Positions 27,205-37,700 of a DNA stretch of 64,000 nucleotides are shown here, in pieces; the stretch's first letter is position 1; every line of letters starts with the position of its first letter. The DNA is taken from positions 29,388,001 to 29,452,000 of the forward strand of contig OX597826.1 of assembly GCA_951406725.2 (NCBI GenBank), in the 5' to 3' direction. The position numbers and the translations under genes were made by a program. The DNA is from Octopus vulgaris. Taxonomy: Eukaryota. The notes beneath the pieces were generated by a model. It worked only from the letters and a program-made list of their open reading frames with translations, was not told the origin of the DNA and did no database searches.

Positions 27205-28319
27205 CATTATTATTATTCAGGTCACTGCCTGGAATTGAACTTGGAATCTTGGAGTTAGTAGCCCGCGCTCTTAACCACTACACAAAATGAGGACAAATAT
27301 CCATTAAATGTAAATAATGTAAGAAATATTTCCTCAGAAGCCATATGTAGTACAAACTTTCAACCTCCATAATGTCGAGGTGAGCTTAGACAACATTGCA
27401 TCTAACACTGGACGCCTCAGCAGATGTAAAAATGCACCTTCACAATGCCCAATCCAAACCTGCAACTTCCGAAACCCAACCACCTGTCCTTTAAAAGGAT
27501 CCTGCCGCTCAAGGACCGTAGTATAGAGAGCTACTATTACACCATCTGACAGTACTACTAGGCATTATATGGGTATGACAGCCAATGACATCAAGGGAAG
27601 ATACTCCTAGCACATGCAGTCATTCAGATCCAGTGATAGAGAGAAGTCTACTTCCCTGTCTCATTTTCTCTGGAGACTCTGTGACTCTGAGGTGAAACAC
27701 CCAGCATTAAGTCGACTATTGTTGGCAGGGCACCACCATATTTACCTAATTGCCAGCTCTGCCTCCATGAAAAACAGCATATCGTCTACCAACAAGAAGT
27801 ACAATCTATTCTATTGCTGTCACCAGAAGTATGTCTTACTGGTACATTTCAAGTCACTGTCCACCAACAACCCATGTATACCACCTTAGTACCATCTGCT
27901 CCCCTGTGCCGCCTGCACCAAGGTCACTATCACCGTCCAAATCCCGTGAGCAGGACTGCCAATCACGAATCCCCAATGCTTGTTCATGCTTGTATACCTG
28001 CATACTCTCATCCCATGTACATACCCACATGATTATATATGCACGTGCACATGCATGAACATATGCACACGTGTTTGAGTTGAGGTGCAAGTGCACCCTG
28101 TGTGTGTCTGTATGTATATGTGTATGCCTCTTTATACAAACACGCACACTAATAAATACAAGTGAACACCAGTGTGTATACATGGGTGTGCATATTAATA
28201 TACACACCGGTGAGCATACACTCGGACATACACACTGATGTGCATACATGTCCATATGCACATCCACACGTGTGTGCATGCATCTATGCATACTCACATA
28301 TATATGCGCGCACACTCAT

Positions 28320-28353
<34 letters not shown>

Positions 28354-29664
28354 ATTGTTATATTTCGGAATGGTCATATTGCCAGTTTAGCCAATAAAAA
28401 CACACGCACTATATATTTGGTGTTATTTTGCTTCAGTGCTATTTATTTTTTACATTAATCTTAATCTTATTTCGGCCAAAGTTCTTTCGTCACACTCCTG
28501 TGACCGCATCAGTGGTCCTTTGTTTTCTTCTCACTTACTTGTGTCTCTCCTTACTAACCGTCAGCCATTTTGTATTTCTATTGTATGTCTTCATTTGCGC
28601 ATGCTTATATCTCTATGTGCGTCTATGTTTATTTAGTGATGCCTGTAATATTTGTATCTTCTGGTTATATACATTCTTGTAATTTGTATTGGCTAAACTG
28701 GCAATATGACCATTCCGAAATATAACAATATCTGTTTCAACACACGACTTCACATAAAAAATCTTGCACAACAAATATTTAAACGTATATATATATATAT
28801 ATATGAATTAAAATCAAAATGAGGGTGAAAAATTGTATATCAATTTAATAATATCAGTTTATATGCTATATATGTATGTCGGCCTCGCCTGGCCCTGTGC
28901 CGGTGGCATGTAAAAGCACCATCCATTCACGGCCGTTTGCCAGCTCCATCTGGCACCTGTGTGGGTGGCACGTAAAAAGCACCCACTACACTCACGGAGT
29001 GGTTGGCGTTAGGAAGGCCATCCAGCCGTAGAAACACTGCCAGATCAGACTGGGCCTGATGCAGCCTTCTGGCTTCACAGACCCCAGTTGAACTGTCCAA
29101 CCCATGCTAGCATGGAATGCAGATGCTAAATGATGATGATGATGATGATATATATAGGAAAAAAGCAACAAGAATGGATCAATATATCGGTACAATTGTT
29201 TCGTACGAGGACATCTTTAATAAAGCTACAAAAATTGCAGTAAATATAGGTGGCTCATACTCATCAGCCGAAAAAACATCAGAGATTCCCAAACATCAAA
29301 AGGGGTAATGTTACACTTATGAAACATCATGGAAAATTCTATAAAAGGTGCAGGTTGTCATACAACGTAAACGTAGCGCATTGAACAGATACAGTCGATG
29401 CTCATACAATGAAATGCTCTTAAACAAGCGTATAGACATGGTTTCAAACAAAAGCGAGCGTGCGCGTGCACACATACACTCACATGCACACACACCACGC
29501 ATACACTGCAGGCATGTAAAATATACACTTGTACATGGGTACACCACCGGTGTAATTTCAAATGGACAATCACAACGGTGTGTATAGAGACAGGTGGAGG
29601 ACTATGTATGTTCGTATATATATATATACACACACATACACACACACACACACATATATATATA

Positions 29665-29759
<95 letters not shown>

Positions 29760-29810
29760 CGTCTATATCTAGCATGTTGACTGTCCACTTTTCGTGTTCA
29801 GTCCTTAATT

Positions 29811-29870
<60 letters not shown>

Positions 29871-30446
29871 TATATATATATTTATATATATATACATATA
29901 TATGTATATATATATATATATAAACATATACACACACACATATATATACATATACACATGCACAAACACACATACATATGTACACATTTACATATATATA
30001 TACATATATGTCTATTTGTATATACCCATATATAATACATACACCTACATGCATGCGTATATATGTGCGAGTGTGTGTGTGTGTGAGTTTATGTGTATGT
30101 GTATGAGCATACACATATCCATACATGCATACACCATTTTATAGAATTTTCCATGATGTTTCATAAGTGTAACATTACCCCTTTTGATGTTTGGGAATCT
30201 CTGATGTTTTTTCGGCTGATGAGTACGAGCCACCTATATTTACTGCAATTTTTGTAGCTTTATTAAAGATGTCCTCGTATGAAACAATTGTACCGATATA
30301 TTGATCCATTCTTGTTGCTTTTTCCTATTTGTAATCACCCCACTTTGTCGTATGGCTAACACCATATAGATTTCCGGTGCATCCTAGTTAAGGACCATAT
30401 TCATGTGAATTCATTAGAACTCACTTGAATCTCAATTACTTAAACC

Positions 30447-30519
<73 letters not shown>

Positions 30520-33500
30520 CGTGTGTGGATGTGCTCATGTACACCTACACATACATGTACTCATACACATAAATAAAGACACACACACAGGGGCATATAA
30601 GCACATATACACACATATCCACACAAACACATCACACCACCCATTCCTACTTCTCCTCCAAGTGCATAACTGATTTTCTGTCTAGCACACAGTCGATTTC
30701 CTGTTCATCATGCAGTATTTTCCAAGTAATTGTTATCGCTGAAATACCAACATCAAAATGTGACACTATGTGATCTTTCTCAACCAATCGCAGCTTATCT
30801 ACTGATAATAACATCTGACTCTCTCCAGCTGATCTCTCATTCAAATTTCCAATGGCTGAGGATTAGCGTCACACCTTGAAACTTAAAGTACCAAGGAATT
30901 TGAATCAAACTGATTTGATCAATACATGTAACTCTCAATAAATATGTTGAGTGCCCTTTCTTTCATTTGTCCACTCAATTACCCAAAGTGCCATACATTG
31001 GGACTGAACTCAATGCCACGTGGTTACAAAGCAAATTTCTTAACCACACAGCTATGACCACACCTATATAATCATACTAGTGTTTTAATCACTGGTCTCT
31101 GACCAAGTAAATATAACTGGACCAAATTAATAACCCCATTCTGTACAAGCTTAACTGATGACTCCCGCAGAGTGAGAATAACTTACTGATCCTTACCTGG
31201 TCTACATTACAGGTTGTTGGTTGACAAACCCAGACGACAGGACCCACAAACTGGGATTGTTGCATTTGTGGTAACATCTGATATTTTTTATCAGTCACAT
31301 CATAGCATAATATTTCAGGAACATCTCCATTATGGCATTTACAACATATTTTCAGAACAGGGTCCTTATATTTCCAATAATACCTGTTTTTTTCATTTTT
31401 TGTGTGTTATTTTGGTATATGTTTGTTTGTTTATTTTATGTATTGTTTAATTAGTTATGTTTATTTTTCGTTTGTTGTTTTGGAATTTAAAAAAGAATTA
31501 AAAAAAAATTTTAATTAGTAACATTAGGAATTGTATAAAATAGATAATAAAAAAAATTATATATAATTTATGGATGTAAAAATAAAAACTTTCTGTATAC
31601 TGTTTCAAGACTACTAACTGGAACAGATTCCTTCCTTCTCTGACATAATTGTTAGTCATTGTATCAGCCCCAGAGAGACAAAAAGCAGAACTGTTGCTGG
31701 TATGGAAATTGAACATAGAAAAATGGAAAATTAAACTCCCATATCTGAAGGCATATAAAATGCAATTTTTGCCCCAAAAATGTTTTTAAAAAATCATCCT
31801 GGATCCTATATGCAAAGTTGGGCCTATATCATTGTGTTGAGTGAAATATTTTGCCACGTTAAGGAGGTGAGTTGGCAGAATCATTTTGCACACCAGGCAA
31901 AATGTTTTGCGGCATTTCATCCGTCCTTACTTTCTGAGTTCAAATTCCATCGAGGTCAACTTTACCTTTCATCTTTTTGGAGTCGATGAAAAAAGTACCA
32001 GTTAAACACTGGGGTCGATATAATCAACTTACTCCCTCCCCACAAAATGCTGGCCTTATACTAAAATTTGAAATCAATATTTTGGTAACTTATTTGCCTT
32101 ATTTATCAAGTTACAATAAACTCAGCCTTGCATTCAGCAAAGAGGCCATCGTTTTGCACCATGTGAAGCCAATTTTCTACCAGTTCTTTGTTCCCACCAG
32201 TTCTTGTTCTTCGAAGTGAAGAACTTCTTCCCTGAAGCTTCTGCCTCCTCTTGGTTGATGAAGTATTGCAGAGTGCAGGAAGTGAACCATGGATCAGAAC
32301 ATGTAACAAGGCATACTTTAATACATTACAAACTGTTTTTCCCTGAATACACATTGCTGAAAAGGAGGTTGCATCTAATATGCCACTCTTTTATGCGATT
32401 AAATATAGTAAATATAATAAGGTGTTTCATGGGCCAGTTTACCATATTTGCTTCTTCACTGCTTTTATATGCTTATGATGCTTAGATATACAAAACACTG
32501 TGGGGTGGTCACAGCTGAACTCTTCTTGTCAAAGTCTGCTTAGTCAAGCCTGAACTGGAGTTAAAACTTCAGCTTTTAAATTGGCGAAAATTGCTTTGGT
32601 TCAATGGTAGAACATCTATCATGTTTACAGATGTAGATTCATATGCCATGGACAGCCTTCAACTTCTTCTAAACAAGTGTCTTATTAACTTAATATTTAC
32701 ATGCTATTATTTATAGCTGTAAATGCTTCAAGACCCACTGTTTCAAAACTGAATTATTTAACATTCTCTTGAAGATTATAAATTTTTATGATGTCTAAGT
32801 CAAAAATAAATTTAAGCAAACACAAAAACGCCATGCCGTACCTTACTCTCATGGTTTATGTAGCACGCAAAGAAACAAATTCACAATATAATACTTGATT
32901 TAGCAATGGTTTCTATTGCAAGATCTGAACTAATAAATGAGTGAAGTAGCCCAACAACTTGTGACTTAGTTATTGTTTGTTTATCTATTACTGTCTCAAC
33001 CATAACTGGTTCAACTATTATTTGTTTGACTATTGCTAGTTCAACTACTATTGCTAGTTCAACTCAGTTGCAGCTGGGCCACCTGTTACTCGTTCAACCA
33101 CTGTTGGTACATCCATTCGTGGCTCAACTTTTGCTAGATCAGCTATTGCTAGCTCAACGATCATTAGTTCAATTATTGCTAGCTCAACAGCCAGTTTAAT
33201 CATTACTAGCTCAACAGCCAGTTTAATCATTATTAGCTCAACAATTACTAGTTTAATAATTGCTAGCTTAACCATTACTAGTTCAACCATTGCTAGTTCA
33301 ACCATTGCTGGTTCAAATATTGATGCCTCAACTGTTGCTGAGTCACCTATTGCTAGCTCAGTTATTGCTGGTTCAAATATTGCAAGCTCATTCATTACTG
33401 GCTCAACTATTGGTAGTTCGACTATAGTTGGCTCGACAATTGTTAGCTCAACTATTCCTGGCCCAAACATTGCTGGTTCACCAACTGCCAGCTCAATTAT

Positions 33501-34351
33501 TGCTAGTTAAATATGTATTTGGTTTTACTTATCAATTCGACGTCTAAGCAATCCCGCCAAACTGATTATTTAAAATGTATTTTTCATGACGTCTATAGAG
33601 TTCAGGAAAAATGAGTAAGATCCCTGTCTCATCATGGAACTTTCAAAATATTTAGATTGGCAGAAAACAACAACAACAATAATTACAACAACACTAACTA
33701 AAATATTATATTAAATAGTATAGTTTGCCTGAGCTATTGTCTGATATATATAAATGTTTTAATCTTTTTTAAAGCCAAAACAATGCAACTTAAAAGAAAT
33801 TGTACAAGTCAAGGATTTGTACTTTTACTTTGTGTATAAAAATTTTGGGGTTAGGACTCCTTCTTCAAGAAATCTTCAGAGAATTGTTATTGTGATCTCA
33901 CAACAACATATCTCTGAAGAGTTCTTATAACTTGAATTGTTTTGGCTTCATAAAAGAAGAAAAATTATGAAATTTATTATTAAAAAATTTTTTAAAAATC
34001 TATATCATATTAAATGTTCCTGTTATTACCAAAGTGTCCATGATGCTCCTCCATTGTTGATCTTTTTAACTTCCAACTGATTTCCAATCTGGCACATATC
34101 TGTGAAAACTGGCTGAAAAAGCTTCATAGCATCACCGGCACCGTGTAATTTGGTCTGGAAGCTTTCAAAGCCAGGTTTCCTGAGATGCATATTCAGATAA
34201 CAATTTATGTATTTCGTCAGCAACATCCAACTTATTTCTTCAAAGTCACTGATGGACTCACAGACAAGAAGATCGAACTGAAAGTTTGTGAAAAAGGAAG
34301 CAATATAAGTCAAATCAGGAGAACATATGGTGGCATTGGCATCACCGATAT
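9496..34351 (-). CDS. ZU5-ZU5-death-death module (ankyrin/DTHD1-like), 12 exons; probably the C-terminal tail of the PKD1-like gene
   Basis: Phase-consistent exons: 34030-34351, 31197-31383, 26857-27018, 25397-25567, 23712-23817, 21725-21827, 19133-19175, 17820-17850, 16599-16795, 13542-13650, 12195-12428, 9496-9539. Confidence 0.8.
12195..12428 (-). CDS. Death domain 2
   Basis: ttgcag|(D)[77 protein letters not shown]|gtaagt. This frame is not in the ORF track. Confidence 0.85.
12781..13069. repeat. Foldback repeat (Penelope-like); related copy at 34775-35200
   Basis: Arms atatttgtcctcatc...ctgatataccctccagccttcatcagg...ttctcattcc and their reverse complement. Confidence 0.8.
13542..13650 (-). 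CDS. Death domain 1 (helices 5-6)
   Basis: tttcag|[36 protein letters not shown]|gtaaat; matches L..AL...G...LAE.L. Confidence 0.85.
13870..14190 (+). mobile_element. Mariner transposase N-terminal (HTH) remnant
   Basis: Degenerate [19 protein letters not shown]...F..FRNG...[10 protein letters not shown]. Confidence 0.65.
14552..15787 (+). mobile_element. Full-length mariner transposon, inactive transposase
   Basis: TIRs ttaggttgtttcacatgaaat / atttcatgtgagacaacctaa with TA flanks. Motifs [19 protein letters not shown] and SPDISP; several stops and frameshifts. Confidence 0.92.
16599..16795 (-). CDS. Death domain 1 (helices 1-4)
   Basis: [66 protein letters not shown]|gtcag. Fits the death-domain pattern IG..W..LA..L...I..I......ML..W. 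Confidence 0.88.
17820..17850 (-). CDS. 31-nt microexon
   Basis: tttccag|GAC...AAA G|gtagga. Translates [10 protein letters not shown] and supplies the phase 1 needed by the death-domain exon. Confidence 0.62.
19133..19175 (-). CDS. 43-nt microexon
   Basis: aatccag|A TGT...TGG|gtgagt. Translates [14 protein letters not shown]. Only the required phase 2 frame is open. Confidence 0.65.
19336..19590 (+). mobile_element. Penelope-like endonuclease C-terminal remnant
   Basis: [49 protein letters not shown]. Confidence 0.7.
20123..20389. mobile_element. Mariner-type MITE
   Basis: Inverted termini tattgggttggtgcataattattg / caataattaagcaccaacccagta, with internally symmetric arms. Confidence 0.7.
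21725..21827 (-). CDS. ZU5-2 C-part exon
   Basis: ttctag|(D)[33 protein letters not shown](K)|gtaag; compare ankyrin LRLLCS...AQWED...VSFT. Confidence 0.78.
22600..23324. repeat. Inverted repeat with arms of about 260 bp (probably Penelope-derived)
   Basis: 22600-22860 is the near-perfect reverse complement of 23067-23324. Confidence 0.85.
23712..23817 (-). CDS. ZU5-2 exon
   Basis: ttctag|[35 protein letters not shown]|gtaaca; compare ankyrin FHKPITMTIP. Confidence 0.75.
24650..25040 (-). mobile_element. tRNA-derived SINE (Octopus OR-like); partial copy at 50631-50820 (+)
   Basis: Reverse complement head tggaggcgcaatggcccagtggttagggcagtggactcgcggtcataggatcgcagtttcgattcccagacc, with Pol III A and B boxes. 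Confidence 0.8.
25397..25567 (-). CDS. ZU5-1 end / ZU5-2 start exon
   Basis: [57 protein letters not shown]|gtaagt. Parallels ankyrin DFPQYFAVVSR..QE...GG.LSS..VP.VQA.FPEGALTKKIRVGLQ. Confidence 0.85.
26857..27018 (-). CDS. ZU5-1 exon
   Basis: [54 protein letters not shown]|gtaag. Resembles ankyrin ELVVLRSENG.TW plus the acidic loop. Confidence 0.8.
27400..27830 (+). mobile_element. Penelope-like GIY-YIG endonuclease remnant
   Basis: [15 protein letters not shown]...VV*RATI...[19 protein letters not shown]...[11 protein letters not shown]. Confidence 0.75.
29187..29271 (-). ncRNA. Inverted copy of the same hammerhead motif
   Basis: Reverse complement reads TCGG-CTGATGA-GTATGAG...CTCGTAC-GAAACAATTGTA-CCGA. 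Confidence 0.75.
30212..30296 (+). ncRNA. Type I minimal hammerhead ribozyme motif (Penelope-type)
   Basis: TCGG-CTGATGA-GTACGAG..loop..CTCGTAT-GAAAC-AATT-GTA-CCGA: intact core, stem I, stem II, palindromic stem III and a GUA triplet. Confidence 0.75.
31197..31383 (-). CDS. ZU5-1 N-part exon
   Basis: aaacag|G TAT...CAG|gtaagg. Translates [62 protein letters not shown]. Confidence 0.78.
32110..32320 (-). mobile_element. Mariner transposase C-terminal remnant
   Basis: Frameshifted [22 protein letters not shown] / [17 protein letters not shown]. Confidence 0.55.
32960..33510. repeat. Degenerate 15-bp minisatellite (attgctagctcaact)n
   Basis: More than 30 units; reads as an (ELAIV)-like pentapeptide repeat on the - strand. 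Confidence 0.85.
34030..34351 (-). CDS. Linker exon between the channel and the ZU5 module
   Basis: cacaag|AT ATC GGT (an in-phase tttag acceptor at 34369 is also possible)...CTT TG|gtaata. Translates [60 protein letters not shown]...GGASWTL(W). Confidence 0.7.
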
Positions 34352-35763
34352 CTTGTGAGTGAAGGAAAACTAAACATCAAGCTCCCAAAAATAACCAATT
34401 GGTGGTGCTGGTAGTAATGGTGATGATGATGATGATGATGAGGAGGAGGAGGAGGAGGGGAGGGGAGGGGAGGATAATGATGATGATGGTGTAATACAAG
34501 ATGGTGATGATGTAACGCAGGATGGCGATGATGATATAATACAGGATAACAATATTTGTACCTCAATCAAAATATTCTGGTGCGAATTTATTTTATTCCA
34601 AGATGATAAATAAAATATTTTGGTAAGGGCTTAACTCTTTAGCATTCAGATTAATTTATCAAGTGTAATGTTTTCTTAGCAGCAGTTTAAAAAATTAATC
34701 ATGAAGTATCTTGTACTTTCAACATTTTGAAGCTGTGATTGTCTTATTTTTAGAATGACAGACATTGTAGGTTATAGTTCTATATTTAAGAGATGAGGAA
34801 TTATGTACATTGTTTACATTATTTACATTTGACAGATATTTGTCCTCATCTTGTTTGTTGTTAACACAACGTTTCGGCTGATATACCCTCCAGCCTTCAT
34901 CGGGTGTCTTGGGGAAATTTCAAACCTGGGTTCTCATTCTTAAGGTATTTTGTTTTTGTTCAGGTCACTGCCTGGAATCGAACTTAGGAATCTTGGGGTT
35001 AGTAGCCTGCACTTTTAACCACTACGCCATATGCCCGTGGGCAATTATGGAGTGAATTTTAGGGCTTATAAATCTAATATTTTCCTATCCTTCCTTAATA
35101 CCAGTTCCCATATGCTACTCCTATCTGTACTCAGTCTGCTTAAGAGGTTGTTGTGTCCTAGTATATGAGGACAAATATCCATCAAATGTAAATTATGTAA
35201 ATATTGTAGGTTATGTGTGACAGGTTGGATTTGGCCAGCTTCAACATAAAACATGTAGAATATTTGGGTTGGATATGGTTAGTTTAAATATAAAGAATTA
35301 ATTCTACTATTGTAAGAGACCAGATGAAACACTTTGGAAAGAATTAATTCCAGTTTGTGAAAAGAAAATATAAAACATCGGATTAAAATCAGGGAAAAAG
35401 TTAACTTACTTTTTGAAATACTTTCTTTGTTATCTGAGAATTCATTCTCATTGGTAAATATCTCTCTTGAAACAGACAAAAAGAAAATGAAGTTTTAGGA
35501 AAATGTATTTCCAGAACAATATTATTCCATTATAATGGAAACATATACACATATACTAACACAATATATTTGCTGGATTCTCTTGTTGTGAATGACAAAT
35601 GAGGGTTCAGTAAAATAAAGCATTAATCATGTTCTGTGGACACAAATGTGTCCATAAAACATGTGACCATCTCTTGAGGCCTGTCGGTACTTTGCAAACC
35701 TTATGGCAAATGGAACAAGTTAAGGAATCTGTTTGCTTGACTGCATGTGCATCATTCACTATA

Positions 35764-36136
35764 CAGGGTGATTCAAAAGTCGCCATACATAGGAACAACT
35801 TATCTTTTTATAAGAAACAGTTTATAAGAACAGTTTCTTTTTTTATTTAACAGGTTCTATATGGTTACCATTGTTTTGAATACACATTGCAATACATTTA
35901 CCCCACTCATTGTGAACTCGTAATTGCACATCTGGTGATACGTGTGCAAATGAGCTGGTGATACATTCCTTCAAATCATTTATGTCTTTTATCTTTCCAC
36001 GATACACAATGCCTTTCAAATGCCCCCAGAGATAGAAACCAAGAGGGGTCAGGTCAAGGAATCTAAGGGTTCTTATTAACTGTTTCTTATAAAAATATAA
36101 ATTTTTCCTATGTATGGAGACTTTTGAATCACCCTG
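35764..36136 (-). mobile_element. Tc1/mariner-family deletion derivative (MITE-like)
   Basis: TIRs cagggtgattcaaaagtc / gacttttgaatcaccctg with TA flanks. Retains DLTPLGFYLWGHLKGIVY...NGNHIE. Confidence 0.85.
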
Positions 36137-36373
36137 TATATTTTCTAGAGTGGAAGGCAAGGACTGATTTGCTTTGTGCTACAAAACCACAACAACAGGA
36201 AGGTTTCCATTTAGAGGAGCAACGTTTTGTCAGCTTGTCTTTATGCCTGCACGAAGTTGGTCCTGATCTTGGAGTCAACTTAGCTCAAATATTTGAACTG
36301 AGGAGAAGCAGGACTGACATCAGGTCATGCATTCTGATGCTTCGTTTATATATATATCATCATCATATATATC

Positions 36374-36417
<44 letters not shown>

Positions 36418-36845
36418 TGTAGGAAGTTAAAATGTTATGGCCAATCATTGAGTGACCATTGGTTTTGCACATAGAAAGCATCAGACTCATCAGACTCAAA
36501 TGCTTGAAGACACATGACCTCTCTACAACTAGAGGAAGAAATACGTAATGGTGAGTTGGTTTTGTACTTCTTCTTCCAGTTGTAGAGAGGCTGTGTGCCT
36601 TCAGCCATTTGAGTCTGACAAGTCGCCTATACATCGCTTGACAACCAGTGCTGGTGTGTTTACATCCCCGTAACTTAGCGGTTTGGCAAGAGAGACTGAT
36701 AGAATAAGTACTAAGCTCACAAAGAATAAGTCCTGGGGACGATTTGCTCAACTAAAGGCAGTGCTCCAGCACGGCTGCAATCAAATGACTGAAACAAATA
36801 AAAGAATAAAAGAATAAAAGAAAAGAAAAGAATAATGATAATAAC

Positions 36846-37391
36846 CTTCGCTGGATATTTTCTTCTTGTGAAAGAGAGTGGTCATTCTGTACCAGAAATG
36901 TTCATTGAGTTTGGAATCAAAACAGTATTCAAATCCAAGGCAATTAATGCTGTTTTTGACAAAGCTAAACGTATCGTTGATAATACTAATGCATACATTT
37001 AACAGAATGATGGACACGAGCAAGGCGTAGACGAAGAAAACCATGTTCGACATGATGTTATCTAATCCGAAAGTCTCTTTGAATTTGCCCATGGCAAGGA
37101 AAATGCGGAAGAGAGCCAGGTAGGTGGATTTCAAATCGATGAAATATATTGATACGTTATTGAAAGTTATGTGAATGGCGATTGCAAAAGCTGTCATCAG
37201 GAAGAAAAGGACGACACTGAATGATGCAATCGATGGCAATGATAACACGATACTGGCCTTCATCAGGAACAGGTGGTAATTCAAGGCAAGTGGCTGTAGT
37301 AGTTTGATGGCGAATACTATCACACAGGCACAGAGACCAGCAAAATACACCGTCACTCTGGATGCCATTAAGTTCCCTGATGCATATGCAT
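36846..37391 (-). CDS. PKD1-like exon: S4-pore-S6
   Basis: [13 protein letters not shown]...[13 protein letters not shown]...[14 protein letters not shown]...KKISSE(G)|gttatt. Unspliced read-through runs into SINE tail sequence, so a donor at 36846 is inferred. Confidence 0.88.
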
Positions 37392-37425
37392 CTGAAACAA
37401 TAAATTCATATAAAAACTATACAGA

Positions 37426-37456
<31 letters not shown>

Positions 37457-37497
37457 CTTACATACACACACACACACACATATATCTATATTTATAT

Positions 37498-37561
<64 letters not shown>

Positions 37562-37669
37562 TTATATATACATTTACATTTATATATATACACATGTATA
37601 TTTACACAAACACATATATATTTATATATAAATATATATATTTATATATATTTGTATATATATATTTAC

Positions 37670-37700
<31 letters not shown>

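Noticed and set aside
30651-30855. ORF 30647..30844 with plausible splice sites as an extra ZU5 exon
   Set aside because: It ends in phase 2, which gives an immediate stop in exon 26857-27018. The direct 31197-27018 junction is in phase and aligns with ankyrin ZU5. At most it is a poison exon.
36781-36845. Read-through stop giving the channel a hydrophobic C-terminus ([21 protein letters not shown])
   Set aside because: The sequence is a simple-repeat/SINE tail, so it is more likely intronic. It is not formally excluded without transcripts.
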